NCBI GenBank assembly: GCA_905178155.1
Contig: CAJINV010000004.1
Location: 7,756,771-7,820,770 of the forward strand
Direction of reading: 5' to 3'
DNA length: 64,000 nt
From: Amoebophrya sp. A120
Taxonomy: Eukaryota > Protista > Dinoflagellata
Shown here: one piece after another, positions 59,301 through 64,000 of the stretch
Layout of the letters: each line of letters begins with the position of its first letter
Position numbering within the stretch: position 1 is the stretch's first letter
Program-made: the position numbers and the translations under genes
The notes under the pieces: generated by a model
The model's input: only the letters and a program-made list of their open reading frames with translations
Told to the model about the DNA's origin: nothing
The model's database searches: none

Positions 59301-60827
59301 GAAGATCTGGAAGTGGAGATTTTCGGAGGGAAGAACTGTGGGGAGGGACAACTGGAAGTAGACGAAGAAGGTAGTGCTCGTGAAGATTTTCAACACAAGT
59401 TAATATCGCGGACCAATGGTGCGGTTGCCGAAGCGGAGATGATGGAAACAACTCGGAATAAACATGTTTTAACATCACCAGTAGATCTCAACGTCGCAGT
59501 GGTCGTGTCCTCCACCTCGTCTAGCAGCAACGGTGCGAGCAAGTCAAACGACGATGAAACTACACGGATGACCAAAAGTAGAACCATCAAAACGGCTAGG
59601 AGTAGCCTTGTTCATCTACTCGCGGACAGCGGCACCAGTTCCTCGCCTGTTGGCGCGGAAATGCGAGAAGATGCAGCGGATATAGCTCTACTGGAGCCGG
59701 CTTCGTCTTCTTCTTGCTCGTCTGAGGAACATTCCGGCGAAGAAAATGACGGCCGGGCAGCTGGAGATCAAGAAGATGACGACGTGGAGCTGCAAGAAGA
59801 AAATTATACCGACAAGAAGAATATCATGGCCAGCAGCGGTGATAATTACAACCCCAACGGCGGCGGCGCCGCCAAATTGCTTGAGAAAGAGCTTTCATCC
59901 TCCAGTTCCAGTTGCAGTGGCGATGATGCTTTATTTCACGGCTTCTTCCGGTCGAAAAACCAAAGCCGGGAATCCAGTTACTCCAGCCGCGATTCAGCCC
60001 AGGATATGCATTGCAAATATGTCTGGGTCTGGGAACTTGTGATGCAAGGAAGGGAATAGGGAGCGCACTGTAATGCGCCGCCAAGCATGACAAGTTTTTC
60101 CATGGTTCTGAGTTGCGTACTTCGCATGAGAAACTGCGTCTCTGCATGACAGGCAAGAGGAGCTCTTTGCGGCCACGCAATACAGATTTCAGAGTCATGC
60201 CCGGCTAGCATAACAAACCTGGCAATCTTCATCCAGACCCAGACATATTTGCAATGCATACAGAACAGCTGCCGTCACATTTCGGACGAGGAGGATTATT
60301 TTCTACTGGGAAGCAGTAGTAGTGTCGAGGAGACGGGGACGGTGGAGCGGAATTCTTTAGTAGAGGGTGTTAATAGCGAGGAACCGGAAGTAGAAGATCT
60401 TCGAGATGTGGAAATGGTGTCGGAGCGCAGTTCATCTTCTTTGGTGGAACCGGACCGGGAGGAGGAAGTAGTCCGGGACGTAAAAATGGCGGAAACAGGT
60501 GCTAGTTCTGCGGCAGCAGTTAAAGTAAACGAAAATCCACCAAGACCGCAGGACTTGCCGTTGTGCTTATCCAAGAAGAAGATCATTGCGGACCAGAAGC
60601 TGCAAAGTCTCGTGCTCGAAAGAAACCAGATTCAGGCGGAGTTGACGAAGCTGTCCGTTGTCGAGACGAGGTTAACCGGGCGCGCCGTCGAGCAGCGCCA
60701 GATGATTGAACAGAAGAAGGTGGAGATTGAGAGAGGTTTGATGGTCGATTTACACGATTTGGAGCAGGTGCAAAAGCATTTCGATACACTGATGAGGAAC
60801 AGAGAAATGGAGTTGGTTGTCGGATGA
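56356..60827 (+). CDS. Hypothetical coiled-coil protein; several GT-AG introns and 2 introners
   Basis: ORFs 56356-, 56928-, 58174-, 59112- and 60249- are linked by AT-rich GT..AG gaps and elements; E/K/L-rich heptad-like stretches; stop at 60827. Confidence 0.65.
57778..58039. mobile_element. Introner family A
   Basis: Family A TIRs; TSD CAAGT/AAAAT. Confidence 0.9.
60005..60260. mobile_element. Introner family A
   Basis: Family A TIRs; TSD CAGGA/CAGAA. Confidence 0.9.
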
Positions 60828-62901
60828 TTGAGTTTCGTGAGTTGTACCTAGCGAAATAGATGTCGAGCAACTGAAATGCAAATTCGAACTAGAGTTCTCG
60901 CTCTTTGTCGTGGGCAGACGCAGAGTAAGCCCGTACTAAGGATGATAAGCCAGCAGCTTCGCTATCGATTCGAAAGTGTTCTTTCGGTAGTTCTCTGTAC
61001 CCGTTCGGAGTGCGTGCTTGCTGTTCCGGTCCCACACGTATGAAGGCAAAGGAAGACCGTGCCAGCGCCAGGACTTAGCGCAACGACCGGCATCCGCCGG
61101 CGCGTGTTTCGGGCTCTGGGTGACTGACCCAGGTCAGGCGTTTGCCTGCGTTTGAGCGCGAGGGGAGAGGGCGCGCGGGCTAGCCCCACCGGCCGCAGGG
61201 GGACGCCCCAGCGCGCTGCTCCTGTTGGAATTAGCAGGGAAGTGCGCAGGCTTCGGGGCCACGCAAAGGCGAGGGCGCCGGAATGGTGCGCCGGGCCTCC
61301 GGGCGGGCCCCATGTGCTCGAGGTATGCCGCACTTCGCCTAGTGCGCGGCCTGACGACTCAGACGAGGGCGAGGACTTGGGCGAATTCTGCATCCGCGCG
61401 CCGCGGGGACCAAGTCGCGGCGCAGTCTGTGGCCCGCACAACTTACAAGCGCAGCGCCAAGGGGCTGCGGAGGTGCGCACACTGCAGCGCGTGGAGCCCC
61501 AAGCCCGCCGCACGGTGGGAGAAAGAATCCCGGCAGGCACGCTCGCGGGGCAAGTGCCGTGGGACAGACTGGCCGGCTGTTTGACTTCTAAGACAGCCAC
61601 GGTGGCCGACTTGCAGCAATGCAGGGGCTCCCGTCTTATTGCCCCGGCCGGCTACGTCCGCGGCCAGAGGACAGCGGCACACACAGACCGCCGCCAGAGG
61701 TGCGGGGGATTTTTCTGGAAGAGGGGCCGCGGGTTGGCGGGGCGTGTCGCGCAGCGGCCCGCCAGGCGTATGGGCCTGCCGGCCGGGCGCGATGTTTGTG
61801 CCGCGCAGGTTCTGGCCCGCCGGGTGGTGTGCTCCGTCCGACCGCGCGGGGGCCCGGGCCGTACTGGCCCGCAGCGGAGCGCGCGCCCTTGCGAGGCATG
61901 GCGCGCCCGAAAGTCCAGGCCAGGGGCCGCGACTACGCCGCCACGCTGGTGAAAAAGGCGGAGCGGTCATCGAGTGCGTATATGCCTGGGGAGATCGGGG
62001 CCACAGTTGTCCGACGTGCTTCTTCGCGCTCGCCTGCCAATTGCCTTGCGTGCAAGTTAGCCGGGGCACGCGAAGCGCCGCGGATTTGAAAGGGGCGGGC
62101 GCGCGCGCCCCCCTTCCGCGGCTTCTGCGGCCCCCGCCTGAAAAGCGTGCCGGGCGGCCTAGCGCCCTCCCTGCGCCCCGCTGGCCCCGTGCGTAAACGC
62201 CCATGGGCCCGGGCGTTCGCCCGCTTGCCCGTTCTTTTCTGCCCCCCGCGCGCCCGTTCGCCCCCGTATCCCCCCATCGCGGCCGCGCTGCCGGCCACTT
62301 TGGCGCAGCTTGCCAGCCAAAGACATGGCGCGGCACTGCGCGGACGCAGAAAGCAGGGCGCGCAGCCCCAATCTTCCGCCGCATTAAACCTGGCCGGGCC
62401 GACCCGCCCGGGCATGAGTGCGGCCTTAACCGTCGCCCGAGACACAGCTCGTCTGCGGGTCGTCGGTTGCCTTCGCGGGAAACTGAGCAGGCTTTTCTCG
62501 TGGGCGTGCCCTTTGACAAATCTCATTCGCGGAATACCGGCAGTTGCCGGCGCAGGCCTTGCGGAGTTCCTGCTCTGTTTGGCACTTGGGCCTATCGAAG
62601 ATGTTCATCTTGAAATGCTGCAGAGCCGTGATCCACATCCGCTTCGTCGGCTCGTTTAGCGCAATATATTTATCATTTGCATTTCTATCTACAACTACAT
62701 GGACTGCATTGGCATCGAGCTGTGCTTCAATTCATCAATAGCAATCAGGAAATTTCTCCTTGCACCGCTGTGCGTGCGCGTTGATAGCTGCAGTGAGTCT
62801 GGCTATCACCGTAAACAAAGCTTTCGCTGCTCCTGAAGATAAAAACACTCACTATCGCTGCCGCACCACCCCACACGACACCCCGCGATCCAAAATCAAC
62901 C

Positions 62902-64000
62902 ATGCCCCTCGCAGCCTCCTTATCATCACTCGACGGAGCAGCCTCCACGCTCTCCTCCTGGCCCCCGGATTTCTCTATTGCCACGGGAAAATTACCAAAG
63001 CCCGACGAGCTCGACCGTGCGTTCTTTCTGAAGTACTTCGGAAAAACTTTTCCGAAGCTCACCGGCGCCAGCAAAACCAAGGACCTTCCCCGCCCGGGCT
63101 TCCTCGCCGAGGTCGGCTGCTTCGGGAAGAAGGGCAACGACGGCGTCAACACGCGACGGAGTCCGGAACTCTACCTCATTCCCCGCCTCGACCCGGGCAA
63201 GTGTCCCCCGAGTAAGCGGTATGGAAGCGTCATGGAAATCAGGGATGAAGTGACTTCGAAGGGCGCGATCACGACGAGTCCAGCCGGCGGTAAGATGCTG
63301 GACGACGAGGAGTCCACGACGACTACGGAGGAGGAGGTGCGGGAGAAAACCGAAGCTGCGAAACACTTCCGGAAAACGGTGTTGAACCTCGCCGCCGGAC
63401 ACGAAAACGACACTAGGGTTTTCGGGTACTGTAACATGGAATCCTGGCAGAAAACGGACCGCGAGAAATTCATGTCCGCCCACCAGATGTGCTTCGGCCA
63501 GGATCGGCCGCGAACGGGGGAGGAGGGTGGAGTCGCGGAGGGTGAAGCTGCAGTAGTTGCGGGGGGTGGTGAGAAGAAAAAGCTGCCTACCGAGGAAGAA
63601 ACTGCAGAACAACTACCCGGAAGTAGAACCTCCGACCAACAGGAGGTGCTCGACGACCTAAAAGCGTCGTTGAAAGAGCGGGACTGCTTCGCCGCAGTCG
63701 CCGAGTGCGACGCCAAGCGGAACTTCAAGTCCTTTTACTTGCGAGAAGAGCCTGGACCAGCAGCAGCAGCAGCATCCGTGGCTGGGAAGGCCGGGCGGGG
63801 AACCGGAGGGCAAAAATCCTCTTCCGGAGATGTTGGTGCAGCTGCGACGACAACGGAGGGGAGGCAGGATGAACCGGCCAGTGGTGCTCAAGAGCCCGCA
63901 TCCTCAACGGACAAGAACGCAAGCGCAGAGGACAAAACTTCTTCCTCCAGCACTGCTAGTGCAACTATCGAGGACCACCACAAGCAGGACGAGAAAGATG
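62902..64000 (+). CDS. Hypothetical protein, 3'-partial
   Basis: Frame MPLAASLSSLDGAAST...KPDELDRAFFLKYFGKTFPKL... appears to stay open to the window end; it is missing from the ORF track, presumably because no stop is reached. Confidence 0.6.
   Translation, partial: MPLAASLSSLDGAASTLSSWPPDFSIATGKLPKPDELDRAFFLKYFGKTFPKLTGASKTKDLPRPGFLAEVGCFGKKGNDGVNTRRSPELYLIPRLDPGKCPPSKRYGSVMEIRDEVTSKGAITTSPAGGKMLDDEESTTTTEEEVREKTEAAKHFRKTVLNLAAGHENDTRVFGYCNMESWQKTDREKFMSAHQMCFGQDRPRTGEEGGVAEGEAAVVAGGGEKKKLPTEEETAEQLPGSRTSDQQEVLDDLKASLKERDCFAAVAECDAKRNFKSFYLREEPGPAAAAASVAGKAGRGTGGQKSSSGDVGAAATTTEGRQDEPASGAQEPASSTDKNASAEDKTSSSSTASATIEDHHKQDEKD

Noticed and set aside
3019-60259. Many short ORFs containing [29 protein letters not shown] or CKSIVLV as a repeated protein family
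   Set aside because: These are translations of introner TIRs in different frames, not real proteins.
865-60260. Recurring ~30-bp repeats read as a CRISPR array
   Set aside because: They are inverted pairs bounding dispersed elements with homologous interiors and TSDs, not direct repeats with unique spacers; no cas genes; eukaryotic context.
865-60260. Group I/II self-splicing introns or an autonomous transposase in the window
   Set aside because: The elements are too short, lack the conserved ribozyme cores and work in both orientations; no DDE, reverse transcriptase or tyrosine recombinase motifs were recognised in any ORF.
7593-63728. Long minus-strand ORFs (e.g. 7593-8165, 15986-16885, 30303-31277, 61443-62519) as genes
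   Set aside because: They are antisense shadows of GC-rich or low-complexity + strand sequence with no recognisable motifs.

Overview
Eukaryotic, gene-dense DNA, most likely from a syndinian dinoflagellate such as Amoebophrya (inferred from a RAP-domain gene, co-oriented genes and non-canonical repeat introns). About ten protein-coding genes lie on the + strand: the RNA polymerase I largest subunit (RPA1), a disrupted hypothetical gene, an RpiB-family isomerase, a spindle-E/TDRD9-like DEAH helicase, an 894-aa hypothetical ORF, an ADAM-like metalloprotease with two disintegrin modules, a RAP-domain protein and three hypothetical genes. The dominant feature is 53 short MITE-like elements (most 127-323 bp, roughly 13 kb in total) from at least 8 terminal-inverted-repeat (TIR) types. 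All sit inside coding sequence. Nearly all begin TAT and end ATA, are flanked by 5-bp target-site duplications (TSDs), occur in either orientation and lack GT-AG ends. Removing an element plus one TSD copy restores the reading frame, including conserved RPA1, helicase and HEXXH motifs, so they appear to act as mobile non-canonical introns (introners). Introners with inverted and direct repeats are already known from Amoebophrya. The finer rules seen here (shared termini, a shared internal 9-mer, which TSD copy is exonic, decay intermediates, nested inserts) come from my own reading of this window. A foreign minus-strand segment next to an N-gap interrupts RPA1 and is probably a repeat-induced misassembly. 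All coordinates were read by hand and may be off by a few bases.
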